DNA of 64,000 bases from an uncultured Gammaproteobacteria bacterium. GTDB lineage: Bacteria > Patescibacteriota > Microgenomatia > UBA8517. Every line of letters begins with the position of its first letter. The stretch's first letter is position 1. Of the stretch, positions 7,831-17,308 are shown piece by piece. Position numbers and translations under genes: made by a program. A model generated the notes under the pieces. That model was given only the letters and a program-made list of their open reading frames with translations, was not told where the DNA came from and made no database searches. The stretch spans positions 131,734-195,733 of the forward strand of contig CAYRUS010000002.1 of assembly GCA_964427735.1 (NCBI GenBank). The letters are read 5' to 3'.

Positions 7831-10830
7831 TTACAGTCCAAAATACCAGTCATAGAAGGAGAATCCGTTCTTGCTTGGAGCAGAAGTTCCCACACCACTT
7901 CTGTAATTCGTACCATAAATATGATCCACTAGGTAAGGAAGACCGGAATCATCACCTTCTGCCTTCATTGGTTTACCATCTGAGAAATGACCTTCGTGAA
8001 GCCACTGTACGGATCTTCTTAGAGCCTGGTTTTGCCATTGGAATGCAGGCATTCCTTTTCTGTGCAAGAACCATGCCTGTGCCAAAGCACCTTGTAGAGC
8101 TTCCCAAACGTAATTTTCCTTGCATGGAGGCCAGCTTACTGTTTGACAACCATGCTCACCTTGTCTTCTTTGATCATCTGGCAATACTCCATCAACATTT
8201 CTTTGAGCACCATTTATGGAAATCTTTGCTCCCTGCGGATTGATTCCAACAGGCTGACTTGGATTTGCCTGCCAACCTAAATTACCATAGCTGAATCCTG
8301 AATATAGACTTCTATTTCCTAGCCATCCATGGAATACATTTGCTGCTCTTTGTAGATCTGTATTGTCCCCTAGGAAAATAGCAGCAGCAATTCTACTTGC
8401 TCCTGCGTGTGTTCCCCAATTATTGGGTCTATCTTCATGTGTACTAATAAGTGTTTTACCGTCTAAAGTTTTTGTTCGGACTGAAGAAACCCAGTTTCTG
8501 AATTTTGTTTCATCACTACTTGAGTTAAAACCTACCAAATCAGCAGCAATTATATAGCCTGCTAAGTTTCTACCTAAAGCTAAGGTTCTTCCGCCTGCTT
8601 CAGTTCCAATTGCATCCATTACATAACTTCTAGCTTTACTACAATGACTAGCTGAGCTTTGTCTTACACACACAAGTGCTGCTGCAACAGCGACTGCATC
8701 AGCCTGATTATCTTGATTACTAATATCAGGTGATGTATTTTGATTTGCCCAAGACACGATATTGTTCCAAGCTGATCCGCTTGTTGGCAAAGACATAATT
8801 TCGTTTCTTGATATTAATATTCCAGCACTACTTGAAGGTGGCGGTATTGGTGTACCTGTAGAAGTTGGTGAGGGAATAGCAGTGGCAGGTTTAGCTGTAG
8901 GAGTGGCTGTAGCAGGTTTTGGTGTTGCGGTCGCTGGTTTTGGTGTTGGCGTAGATGTTGCAGGTTTTGCTGTTGGGGTTGTAGGTGTTCCACCCACTTT
9001 TCCATAATTTGTTAACCAGATCACATAATCTAGTCCATCTACTTTCTCATTTCTATCAAAATCTCCTTTTGATGCGCCTTGGCTAGTTGTTGTGTTGTAG
9101 TTTACTAGCCAAACTACATAATCAAGTCCATCTACTTTTTTATCACCGTTTGCATCTCCAGATAGATCACCGGATGATGGTGTTGCTGTAGGATTAGTTC
9201 CTCCTGAAGTTTGTATAAGTAACTGTGGTGCATTTGAGTTTTCTTTTGATTCAACAGAGAAAGTATTTCTAGTACCTGTGTTGGTAATTCCTATTGACAA
9301 TTGTCCACCTACAGCTTGTTGTATTTGACTTGAGTTTAGGTTTATCTCTACTGGTACACCTGTTTGAGTATTTGTACTAATACTTCCTATTTGGGTTCCC
9401 ATGGAAGGTTTATTATTCCAAGCTATATTTCCCTCATTCCAATTATTGTTGGTTACTAAGTGGACTGTTTTATCTACGCTTCTGTCTAAAGCGGGAGTTA
9501 GTTTTAATTTTGCACTTATTATATTTCCTACTATTCCACTTAAATTGAATTTAATGTATGTTTCTCTGATATTTGATAAGGAATAATCTGAAGCTAGTAT
9601 TAAATTGTCACTCCCATAATTTTTACTTTGATTGCCTTCGCTTACCATCGCATCATCTGTTGGAGTAATGACATACCATCCACCACCGACGGGTGATGGT
9701 ATTGATGTGGAAGGAGAAGTAGTAGGATTTGGAGTTGCTGTTCCAGGAGGAGGTGTGGGTATTGGGCTAGAACTCGTTCCACAGCTCAAACCAGTAGCTT
9801 GTAAAATCTTATTCCAAGCTACTCCCGCTACACTTGTGTCATTCTGGATTGCGACAAAAATACCTCCTGGGTATGCGGGAGAATTTTGTTGTGTTGATGC
9901 TATTCCATCAGTATTGTAAACATAATTTCCATTTGGAAGCCTTAGTTTTATTTTTCCTAAATGCTGCCATGTTCTTCTATTGAAGATTTCATAATCATTA
10001 CCAGTAGAAGAGCTGTCAATTTGATCAGAAATAATTATAAATCCTTCTCCATTATCACCGACTCCGTTAGCGGGGCATGAATAAACCCAAATTCCTTCCT
10101 CATCTGAGTTAAAAATACTACTATCTCCAAATTTGTTTGCACCATTTCTTGTATGCACAGATCCATCAGGATTATATGCATAAACTCCACTTCTACCACC
10201 TTCGTCTGGTATATATATTATTTGGTCGAAATTATCAGCCCACATAGTCTCCAAACCTCTTACTGGTTTAAACGTTCCTAGATTTGCACCTGTACTTGGA
10301 TTTTGTATCCTGACCTCTGTGTTATATGAAGTATAGAGTCTTTTTTGTCCGTTTGAAGTTTTCAGGAGTGTTAAATTAGGTTCATTACTACTAATAGAAC
10401 TACCTGTATTAATAGTTTTTACAAAACCTAGGTTTGGTAAATTAAATACACAGATTTTATCTGTGAATGCAACAGTTACATATAGAATGTCATCTTCCTG
10501 ATCTACCCAAACGCCATTTGTACCACCAGAGATACATGAATGCTTTAATGCAGCCTGTTGGCTGGAAGATGAACTATATGGGTATTTCCATACTTCAACC
10601 AATGAGGAACCTTTGGCGGTTACAAACATCAATGATTGAGTAGGATCTGGTGCTTCCCAAAATGCGATACTGTCAACATTGTTTCCATCACCGTTAAGAT
10701 TAAAATCTACTGTTATTTCTTTTGTTCCAAAAGGATTAAAAGCAGCATCAACACGAGGCGAATTATACAAAGCAAAAACTAGTATTAAAGCTAATATAGA
10801 TATTGTTAGTGCAGCTTTTAATTTTTGCAT
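7831..10830 (-). CDS. secreted multidomain protein: signal peptide, beta-propeller (phytase-like) domain, Pro/Thr linkers, beta-sandwich carbohydrate-binding-like domain, dockerin, C-terminal polysaccharide-lyase (alginate-lyase/heparinase-like) domain
   Basis: N-terminal signal peptide 'MQKLKAALTISILALILVFALYNSP'. Two dockerin type-I Ca-binding repeats: 'DANGDKKVDGLDYVVWLVNY' and 'DFDRNEKVDGLDYVIWLTNY'. PT-rich linkers 'TPTPKPATATPKPATATPTAKPAT'. Motif 'NWNEGNIAWNNKP' in the middle domain. C-terminal 'NNWGTHAGASRIAAAIF...WLHEGHF' is reminiscent of alginate-lyase-type alpha/alpha toroids. Confidence 0.7.
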   Translation of the reverse strand: MQKLKAALTISILALILVFALYNSPRVDAAFNPFGTKEITVDFNLNGDGNNVDSIAFWEAPDPTQSLMFVTAKGSSLVEVWKYPYSSSSSQQAALKHSCISGGTNGVWVDQEDDILYVTVAFTDKICVFNLPNLGFVKTINTGSSISSNEPNLTLLKTSNGQKRLYTSYNTEVRIQNPSTGANLGTFKPVRGLETMWADNFDQIIYIPDEGGRSGVYAYNPDGSVHTRNGANKFGDSSIFNSDEEGIWVYSCPANGVGDNGEGFIIISDQIDSSSTGNDYEIFNRRTWQHLGKIKLRLPNGNYVYNTDGIASTQQNSPAYPGGIFVAIQNDTSVAGVAWNKILQATGLSCGTSSSPIPTPPPGTATPNPTTSPSTSIPSPVGGGWYVITPTDDAMVSEGNQSKNYGSDNLILASDYSLSNIRETYIKFNLSGIVGNIISAKLKLTPALDRSVDKTVHLVTNNNWNEGNIAWNNKPSMGTQIGSISTNTQTGVPVEINLNSSQIQQAVGGQLSIGITNTGTRNTFSVESKENSNAPQLLIQTSGGTNPTATPSSGDLSGDANGDKKVDGLDYVVWLVNYNTTTSQGASKGDFDRNEKVDGLDYVIWLTNYGKVGGTPTTPTAKPATSTPTPKPATATPKPATATPTAKPATAIPSPTSTGTPIPPPSSSAGILISRNEIMSLPTSGSAWNNIVSWANQNTSPDISNQDNQADAVAVAAALVCVRQSSASHCSKARSYVMDAIGTEAGGRTLALGRNLAGYIIAADLVGFNSSSDETKFRNWVSSVRTKTLDGKTLISTHEDRPNNWGTHAGASRIAAAIFLGDNTDLQRAANVFHGWLGNRSLYSGFSYGNLGWQANPSQPVGINPQGAKISINGAQRNVDGVLPDDQRRQGEHGCQTVSWPPCKENYVWEALQGALAQAWFLHRKGMPAFQWQNQALRRSVQWLHEGHFSDGKPMKAEGDDSGLPYLVDHIYGTNYRSGVGTSAPSKNGFSFYDWYFGL

Positions 10831-10983
10831 ATTGGCAGATCTCTAATTATTTTACACTAACTTGTTTTCACACCCTCTGTCAATAGGTTTTCGGTATCAT
10901 TAATCAATTTAAAACATTGAAATAACATTAAAGCAAATGGAAGATTAAAATTAAACAAACTAAATGTTATAATTAGTGTATAT

Positions 10984-11055
10984 GTCCCCGTAGTTCAACG
11001 GATAGAACGCGGGTTTCCTAAACCTGAAATGGAAGTTCGATTCTTCCCGGGGACA
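10984..11055 (+). tRNA. tRNA-Arg (anticodon CCT)
   Basis: Hand-folded cloverleaf. Acceptor GTCCCCG/CGGGGAC, D-stem GTTC/GAAC, anticodon stem CGGGT/ACCTG with loop TTCCTAA (anticodon CCT, U33, A37), T-stem GGAAG/CTTCC with loop TTCGATT. No encoded CCA. Confidence 0.8.
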
Positions 11056-11135
11056 CTAAAACTGTTTGCTAATATTTTCTTAATTTATATAATAAAACAA
11101 TTGCAATCAATATTACTATCGGTTATAATAGGGCT

Positions 11136-11651
11136 GTGTCTGAATTTAGAGAAAAGCCCCAACCAAAATACGGCCTAAGAAAAGAACTGGCAGAACAGAC
11201 GAGACCTTTCTTCAGCTCTCTCGATGACTCGGCTGCCTTGAAGGACTTATCTTTTGTCTGCAGACAAGCAACAATTGTACGTAAACATGAAGACTATGAC
11301 CCAAATAAAACTTCACCTGAACTAGTTGCTCGATTGGCAATAGAAAGACGCTTATTTAAATCACGATACCCTAACTATGACACTGTATTATATGAAGCTA
11401 AAATTATATCAACTCACCGTGCTTTACTTCATTATCTATGTAAATTAAATCAAAACGATCTAAGCCAGATTACTAATTTATTTGGTGTGCTTGTTAGATC
11501 TCAAAATAGAAGGGTTCCTAAACATCTAAAAATCGAAACTGTAGGAGATGTTAGAAAGCTAGATTATGATGATTTAATAGAACTAAATCACATAGGCGAA
11601 CCCCGTGCCACATTTATTAAATATATCCTAAACAATACTGACCTTCAATAA
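11136..11651 (+). CDS. hypothetical protein (171 aa)
   Basis: Intact ORF; 7-nt convergent overlap with rsmI. Confidence 0.4.
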   Translation: MSEFREKPQPKYGLRKELAEQTRPFFSSLDDSAALKDLSFVCRQATIVRKHEDYDPNKTSPELVARLAIERRLFKSRYPNYDTVLYEAKIISTHRALLHYLCKLNQNDLSQITNLFGVLVRSQNRRVPKHLKIETVGDVRKLDYDDLIELNHIGEPRATFIKYILNNTDLQ

Positions 11652-12346
11652 TTTTCAATTATTACCACAATCTCTCCTTTTACTGTATCATTCTGTAATT
11701 TACCAATAACATCTGTTACACTTCCTCTGTAAATTGTTTCATGAATTTTGGTTAATTCGCGAGCCACAACAATTCTCACTTCTCCAAATTCTTGTTTAAC
11801 TACTTCAAGCGATTTTAAGATTCTGTTTGGAGACTCATAAAACGCAAATGTCGTTTTGCCTTCTTTCAGCCACTTGAATAGTTTTGTACGCTTTTTTTTG
11901 GGCAGAAACCCTAAAAATACAAATTGGTTTGTATGAAAGCCTGAAATTGATAAAGCTGTGGTAATTGCAGAAGCTCCAGGAATAGGAATTGTCTTTAAAT
12001 CAGGATAATTATTTAATAAATAGTCAATCAATTCGTTCCCGGGGTCTGAGATTCCCGGCGTACCTGCATCCGTAACCAAAGCTATATTTTTCCCCTGTAA
12101 CAGAAGATTTAATATTTCAGCTTTTTTTGTATCAGAAGTATGAGCGTGATAACTTTTAATGTGATTATCTATATCATAGTGTTTCAAAAGCTTGCCAGTA
12201 ACTCTAGTGTCTTCTGCAAGAATAAGATCAACCTGTTTGAGTACATTTATTGCTCGAAAAGTAATATCTTCTAAATTGCCAATAGGTGTAGCAACGACAT
12301 ATAGTGTTCCAGTTTGAGATGTATTTATATCCTTAAAGTTCCTCAT
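11645..12346 (-). CDS. rsmI: 16S rRNA (cytidine1402-2'-O)-methyltransferase RsmI (tetrapyrrole-methylase fold)
   Basis: 'LYVVATPIGNLEDITFRAINVLKQVDLILAEDTRVTGKLLKHY' and 'VTDAGTPGISDPG' are characteristic of RsmI; 233 aa. Confidence 0.85.
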   Translation of the reverse strand: MRNFKDINTSQTGTLYVVATPIGNLEDITFRAINVLKQVDLILAEDTRVTGKLLKHYDIDNHIKSYHAHTSDTKKAEILNLLLQGKNIALVTDAGTPGISDPGNELIDYLLNNYPDLKTIPIPGASAITTALSISGFHTNQFVFLGFLPKKKRTKLFKWLKEGKTTFAFYESPNRILKSLEVVKQEFGEVRIVVARELTKIHETIYRGSVTDVIGKLQNDTVKGEIVVIIENY

Positions 12347-12386
12347 AGTTTTATATTCAATCTAATTTTTAAGATATTCAGGATTT

Positions 12387-12857
12387 TTATTGTTGAACCT
12401 TCATCTTAACTAATCGCATATTCATCGAAGGGTAATTATCTAAATCAATATTTTTCCTTAATGCCCTATTTTTTAGACGGCTCCAATACTTACTTTCTAG
12501 TAAAGCCAATCTTCTAGAATAAGTAATCATATAGCTTCTTGATGTATGGACTAGCTCTCTCCACTCCAAATTTGGGTTGTTTTTCTTTTCATATACTATA
12601 GCTGCATAACGCAATAATTCTGAAGGTTTAATGTATGTACTTTCTATTTTTTTGCTACCTCCTCGATTTCCTTCCGTGGGACCATATCCGTAATGGGGAG
12701 TAAAAAAGCCTAATCTTTTTAAAGACTCATAATCACTTTGGTCAATTCCTAAAATTTTTAATGCTGGAGATATATTTAAATAACCATAACTTTCATCCCA
12801 ATACTTTATCTGTTCAATTTCTGTACCGAAAGGATTAATTTTCTCTTGTTCTCGCAT
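12387..12857 (-). CDS. hypothetical protein (156 aa)
   Basis: Intact ORF, basic C-terminus; no family recognised. Confidence 0.4.
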   Translation of the reverse strand: MREQEKINPFGTEIEQIKYWDESYGYLNISPALKILGIDQSDYESLKRLGFFTPHYGYGPTEGNRGGSKKIESTYIKPSELLRYAAIVYEKKNNPNLEWRELVHTSRSYMITYSRRLALLESKYWSRLKNRALRKNIDLDNYPSMNMRLVKMKVQQ

Positions 12858-12937
12858 ACTTATAAGTACTTCTATTGTATCACTCCATTTATTTTACAGT
12901 GAGTTATCTCATAGAAATACTATTACTAGCATGCAAA

Positions 12938-12976
12938 CGAGCCCACCTTTAAGGGAGTCTCCCTCCAAGGTAGTCG
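12938..12976. repeat. REP-like palindromic element, copy A (CGAGCCCACCTTTAAGGGAGTCTCCCTCCAAGGTAGTCG)
   Basis: Shares the core CCACCTYTAAGGGAGTCTCCCTSCAAGGTAGTCG with copies at 20052, 22058 (inverted), 22822 and 25636. Internal GGGAG-T-CTCCC and flanking CGACNACCTT/AAGGTAGTCG arms form an imperfect hairpin. Lies 55 nt upstream of tRNA-Pro. Confidence 0.7.
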
Positions 12977-13030
12977 CAAAATATTTGAATTCCTAAGATA
13001 TGTGTCTAGCATTTTGATATAATTTTTGTA

Positions 13031-13105
13031 CGGGGACTGGCTCAATGGTAGAGTGCACGATTCGGGTTCGTGAGGTTCCGGGTTCAACTCCCGGGTCCCC
13101 GACCA
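13031..13105 (+). tRNA. tRNA-Pro (anticodon CGG), CCA encoded
   Basis: Hand-folded. Acceptor CGGGGAC/GTCCCCG + A + CCA, D-stem GCTC/GAGT, anticodon stem CACGA/TCGTG with loop TTCGGGT (anticodon CGG, G37), T-stem CCGGG/CCCGG with loop TTCAACT. Confidence 0.8.
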
Positions 13106-13180
13106 TAATTCAGTGAAACATATTGAATTTGCATTTTAATTATTCACTTAGTATCCTCTGTCTACTGCCCTTTCATAATT

Positions 13181-13753
13181 ATGAAGGGTCTTAAATTACA
13201 TACTTGGCAAAAAGTTGGTGCTCTTTTAGCACTATTTTTGATAGCAATAATCACTCCTAAAGATGAATTTTTTATAAAAACAGTTCAAGAGGATTCTCAG
13301 AGAAATAGTGAGGATGTAACAACAAATATACCTGAAATCAAAGATTCTAAAATTATCAAACCTTTTGTGGATGTATTTACAAAAGAAAAACCAAACAACG
13401 AATTGGAAACAAAAGAAACTCCTAACAATAATGTTAGTCAACCTCAAATCCAGGATGTAGCAAATGATAAGACAGCCACTCCATCCTCTATTCCAGATCA
13501 AGGAATTGACCAAAACGAAAAGCAAGAGAGTTCAGAACAAATTTTATCCCCACCACCAACCGAAATTCCTGCTCCTACATTTACACCACATTATTCTCCA
13601 TTAATAAGTCCTACACCAACCTCAACACCAACTAATACTCCATCTGCTACTTTGGAACCAATAGGAGGAAAAGAAATTGAGTCAGAATGCCCTTGTGGGA
13701 ATGCTTCGGGATTGCCACCTAACAAATGCCCTGTGATTATGTGTGTTAGGTAA
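13181..13753 (+). CDS. membrane-anchored Pro/Thr-rich protein with Cys-rich C-terminus
   Basis: N-terminal TM 'VGALLALFLIAIITP', acidic/polar region, 'PTFTPHYSPLISPTPTSTPTNTPSATLEP' linker, C-terminal 'ECPCGNASGLPPNKCPVIMC'. Confidence 0.45.
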   Translation: MKGLKLHTWQKVGALLALFLIAIITPKDEFFIKTVQEDSQRNSEDVTTNIPEIKDSKIIKPFVDVFTKEKPNNELETKETPNNNVSQPQIQDVANDKTATPSSIPDQGIDQNEKQESSEQILSPPPTEIPAPTFTPHYSPLISPTPTSTPTNTPSATLEPIGGKEIESECPCGNASGLPPNKCPVIMCVR

Positions 13754-13776
13754 GTTTAAAGTTCTATGATCTCGCT

Positions 13777-14220
13777 TTACAATCTTTGATGTAATATTGC
13801 AGAAAAAATAGTATCTAGCAAACCAACCCCTGTTAAATCTTGTTCTGCCAATTGCTCCATCCCAGGCATAGTAGAGTTAAATAATCTTTCATACTTTAAT
13901 ATTAGATCTTCAGTATATGCATCTAAATTTTCTGGTATGTCAGGTGTTAAACCTAAACTTTGAACAACCTCATTCCTCTCATTTATAATTTCTTCAACAC
14001 TAATATTCAACCCGGAAGAATTCTTTAATTGTCTTAAATCCTCGGAAAAAACTTCTACCAAATCTGAATAATCATCAGAACCTAAGTAATTACCGTGTAT
14101 TCGAAGTTCAACTTTTGAATTTGGATATTTGGGCTGATTACTTAAAGTAAGCTCAACCTCCCCGATCATATACACAATTCTGCTAGGTTCTTCTGTGGTA
14201 CTAGATATTTCTCTATCCAT
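13777..14220 (-). CDS. hypothetical acidic protein (147 aa)
   Basis: Intact ORF; overlaps the 3' end of ORF 14213-15331 by 8 nt, so probably co-transcribed with it. Confidence 0.45.
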   Translation of the reverse strand: MDREISSTTEEPSRIVYMIGEVELTLSNQPKYPNSKVELRIHGNYLGSDDYSDLVEVFSEDLRQLKNSSGLNISVEEIINERNEVVQSLGLTPDIPENLDAYTEDLILKYERLFNSTMPGMEQLAEQDLTGVGLLDTIFSAILHQRL

Positions 14221-15331
14221 TGCTAGTTTGGTTTCTACGCATATTTCGATCTCTTCTCCCTATAATCCAACCCAAACCAGCCAATCCTAACATCGAGACT
14301 AATCCACCTAGAGTCCCTTTTTGTTGCCATGTTAAATCATCAGGTGAAATTGGATTTGGAACTTCAACGCCCGCACTTGGTACAGGGACCACACTAAACT
14401 CATTTGTGCCTTCTGAACCTTCAGTCGATTTTTCTTGCATTGGTTGAGGCACATTTACAGATGATGGAACAGTTCCACAATTGGTTCCTGTTAATTTGCT
14501 CAAATTACCATTCACTTTATTTACTTCATTTTGATCTGCTAAATTAATTCGTTTAAAACCTCTTTCGGGTGAAGTGTCAAAACCTTTTGCTTGATTTATA
14601 CGAAAAGCTGTACCACTATTTACCCCCTTCCCACCATATTTTGAGAAAATCAACATTATTTCATCCGGAAACCTACCTGCCAATGTATCGATCAAAAATC
14701 CTTTTACAAAAACACTTCCATTAGATTCGAATACATATACACTTACATCCCTAAAAAGCTGTGTCAAAGAATTTATTCCACCATCTGCCACTCTTCCCAT
14801 CCAAGCTGGCACACAAGGAAGAACATCTTTATGCTCTGAAGAAGTTTTTGAATTATTTGAACTTCTTGCTTCTACATGTCTTAAAAGTTCTTCAACTACT
14901 TTTTTCATTTGAGGATCAACAACAGTACCTGCAACCATACCTTTTTCTGCAATTTCATTTAAATTAGCGTCACTAAGTGGAATAGTTTGACCATTATTCT
15001 CAAGGGCGAGCGGTATTGCATACTCGAATGTATGACCTTGCAATTGACCATTAGTCATTTCATTTAATTCTCCAAATAAATCAGCTGCATAATGCCTATA
15101 TTCATATAGGTGTGACGCATTCGGGTCTTGTATGCTTGGGTAAGTATCTAAAAAATATTGGAAATCAGAAACAATGCTATCATCTGGTGTTTGTGAAGTC
15201 TCCGGACCACTAAAAATACCACTACCTTGGAGGGAGCCTGGAATATCCATTCTACTAATACCTGTAGCCTCTGTTACTAAAAATCCAGCAAAACCTTTAA
15301 GAAATCCCCTACGAGTAATTGTCTCTGACAT
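14213..15331 (-). CDS. Tat-signal exported protein with C-terminal hydrophobic anchor + Arg-rich tail
   Basis: N-terminus 'MSETITRRGFLKGFAGFLV' is a twin-arginine signal. C-terminus 'TLGGLVSMLGLAGLGWIIGRRDRNMRRNQ' is a TM segment followed by a basic tail, a sorting-signal-like architecture. Confidence 0.5.
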   Translation of the reverse strand: MSETITRRGFLKGFAGFLVTEATGISRMDIPGSLQGSGIFSGPETSQTPDDSIVSDFQYFLDTYPSIQDPNASHLYEYRHYAADLFGELNEMTNGQLQGHTFEYAIPLALENNGQTIPLSDANLNEIAEKGMVAGTVVDPQMKKVVEELLRHVEARSSNNSKTSSEHKDVLPCVPAWMGRVADGGINSLTQLFRDVSVYVFESNGSVFVKGFLIDTLAGRFPDEIMLIFSKYGGKGVNSGTAFRINQAKGFDTSPERGFKRINLADQNEVNKVNGNLSKLTGTNCGTVPSSVNVPQPMQEKSTEGSEGTNEFSVVPVPSAGVEVPNPISPDDLTWQQKGTLGGLVSMLGLAGLGWIIGRRDRNMRRNQTSNG

Positions 15332-15447
15332 GATTGTATTATAGGCTATTAGTGTTCCTATGTCAATAACTTAATCATACATTTTAATTCGAGTATGTGC
15401 TAATGTAATTTAACAGTATCATATAAACTAGAAAATATACTAAACTC

Positions 15448-15675
15448 ATGCCTGTTACTGCCTCAGATCTACTTAACCAAATAAGCATAGGGATTAACCT
15501 ATTAAAAATTGACCCATATCCAGTAGTTCTCTTTGTTGTCTTTGTAGCTTCTTTTGCAATTGCCTACTTGATATCCAAAATAAATTTTATCTTAGCACTG
15601 CTAATGACTGCTTTAGTGACTATTGGTGTTGGAACAATAATTGTCCTTTACGAGTTCTCTAAATTAGGCTACTAA
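15448..15675 (+). CDS. small hydrophobic protein (75 aa, two predicted TM segments)
   Basis: Intact ORF with two hydrophobic stretches; could be spurious. Confidence 0.3.
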   Translation: MPVTASDLLNQISIGINLLKIDPYPVVLFVVFVASFAIAYLISKINFILALLMTALVTIGVGTIIVLYEFSKLGY

Positions 15676-15718
15676 AGATCAAGTTGACAAATATTAAGAT
15701 ATTAGCTTATCTTAAGTT

Positions 15719-16246
15719 ATGGAACAAAACAATAAAGATCCAATAGCTTCACAGGTAGAAACAACACCCCAAAACAATCCCACACCTCAAATGCCAACAG
15801 TCCCCTCTGCAACTGAAACAACCAGTAATCAAGCTAATTTGTCATATGCTTCAGTACCAAGAAGATTTATAGCCTCATTTGTAGATGGTGTTATTGTTGT
15901 TGTTTTGATAATGATAATATCTATTCCCTTAGCAATTTTACTCGGTCGCAGCTCAGCCTACAATACTTTGACGCAGCTCCTCAACATGATCGTAGGAAGT
16001 TTATACTATGTAATACTAATTGCCCGATCAGGTCAAACTATTGGCAAAAAGCTATTTAAAATAAAGGTAGTCAGTCTCAGTACAAACACGCCACCAAGTT
16101 ACGGGAAAGCTTTTTTAAGAGAAGTAGTTGGCAAATTGATTTCAAGTGTAATTGTAGGACTTGGTTATTTCTGGGCAATTTGGGACAAGAAAAAACAGAC
16201 ATGGCACGACAAGATTGCAGGCACAGTGGTTATTAAAACCAATTGA
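15719..16246 (+). CDS. RDD-family membrane protein
   Basis: 'RRFIASFVDGVIVVVL...' and C-terminal 'WHDKIAGTVVIK' match the RDD domain arrangement (Arg-Asp-Asp family transporter-like). Confidence 0.65.
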   Translation: MEQNNKDPIASQVETTPQNNPTPQMPTVPSATETTSNQANLSYASVPRRFIASFVDGVIVVVLIMIISIPLAILLGRSSAYNTLTQLLNMIVGSLYYVILIARSGQTIGKKLFKIKVVSLSTNTPPSYGKAFLREVVGKLISSVIVGLGYFWAIWDKKKQTWHDKIAGTVVIKTN

Positions 16247-16313
16247 TCTTTAATCCAGAGCATAACTCCTTCAAATCCTGTTAAATTATTAGAATTTATA
16301 GTAAATTATAAAC

Positions 16314-17306
16314 ATGCCTGACTTTGGTAGTATTTTAAGCAAATCCTGGGAAACTGCAAAAAACTTTAAGTGGCTTTGGGTATACGGAGCTATTTTGGCC
16401 GTGGGCTCAGCTGGGAGTATGCAAACTTTCTCAAGAGGCACTAGCAGCGATTCTATAAGAGAAACAGATATTCCTGAAGAGGCATCAGAAGTTCTAGGAT
16501 ATTTTACAAACTCAACCATTGAATGGTTCAAGAATGTTCCTCTTTCTACTTGGCTTTGGCTAGCTTTAGCTTTACTAGTTTCATTGGGATTTTCAATGAT
16601 AATAAAACTTATCTTAACCAACTGGGCTAAAGGAGCTTTAATCCATGGCATTTACAAAGCACACTTAGAAGATGGTGAGGTAAATTTAGGAAATACTTCA
16701 CCTGCAGGAATTAATTCATTTAAAAGCTTAATCATATTTTCACTGCTTATGCTTGGAGTGATTTTAGCATCATTAATCATCTTACCTGGAGTTTGGTTTT
16801 TGGTTTATTTACTTCTAGGGGGAATGGAAAGTATGCAACTACTTTGGATAATCTTAGGAGCCATCGTAGGCTTTGTTTGCTTACTTATTGGAATAATTGT
16901 ACTTAGTCTAATATCCGTATTTGCAGAAAGAATTATTGTTATTTATAAAGAAACTCCAATAAACGCTTGGAAGCGTGCCTGGAAATTAACCCGTTCAAAT
17001 ATAACCTCTGGCACAATAATGGGGCTATTAACAAATATCACAGAATCAGCAATTGGGTGTGTGGGTACAATCATTACTGTTATTTCCTTGGGTATACCTG
17101 CCCTTATTATTGTTTGGCCCAATGTCCAAAACAAAACGTTCCCTGGAATTGCAAGCCTTATATTTTTAACTCTACTTTTGCTAATATTTATTTTTCTAAA
17201 CTTAATTATCAGAGCATTTATTACAGTTTTCAACTACAGCAATTGGAACCAATTATTTTATTTTGTAATCCAAAATGAGGACAAAAATCACAAAAAAGGT
17301 AAATAA
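16314..17306 (+). CDS. polytopic integral membrane protein (330 aa), unknown family
   Basis: At least 6 long hydrophobic segments; sits between two RDD genes on the same strand with short gaps. Confidence 0.5.
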   Translation: MPDFGSILSKSWETAKNFKWLWVYGAILAVGSAGSMQTFSRGTSSDSIRETDIPEEASEVLGYFTNSTIEWFKNVPLSTWLWLALALLVSLGFSMIIKLILTNWAKGALIHGIYKAHLEDGEVNLGNTSPAGINSFKSLIIFSLLMLGVILASLIILPGVWFLVYLLLGGMESMQLLWIILGAIVGFVCLLIGIIVLSLISVFAERIIVIYKETPINAWKRAWKLTRSNITSGTIMGLLTNITESAIGCVGTIITVISLGIPALIIVWPNVQNKTFPGIASLIFLTLLLLIFIFLNLIIRAFITVFNYSNWNQLFYFVIQNEDKNHKKGK

Positions 17307-17308
17307 AA

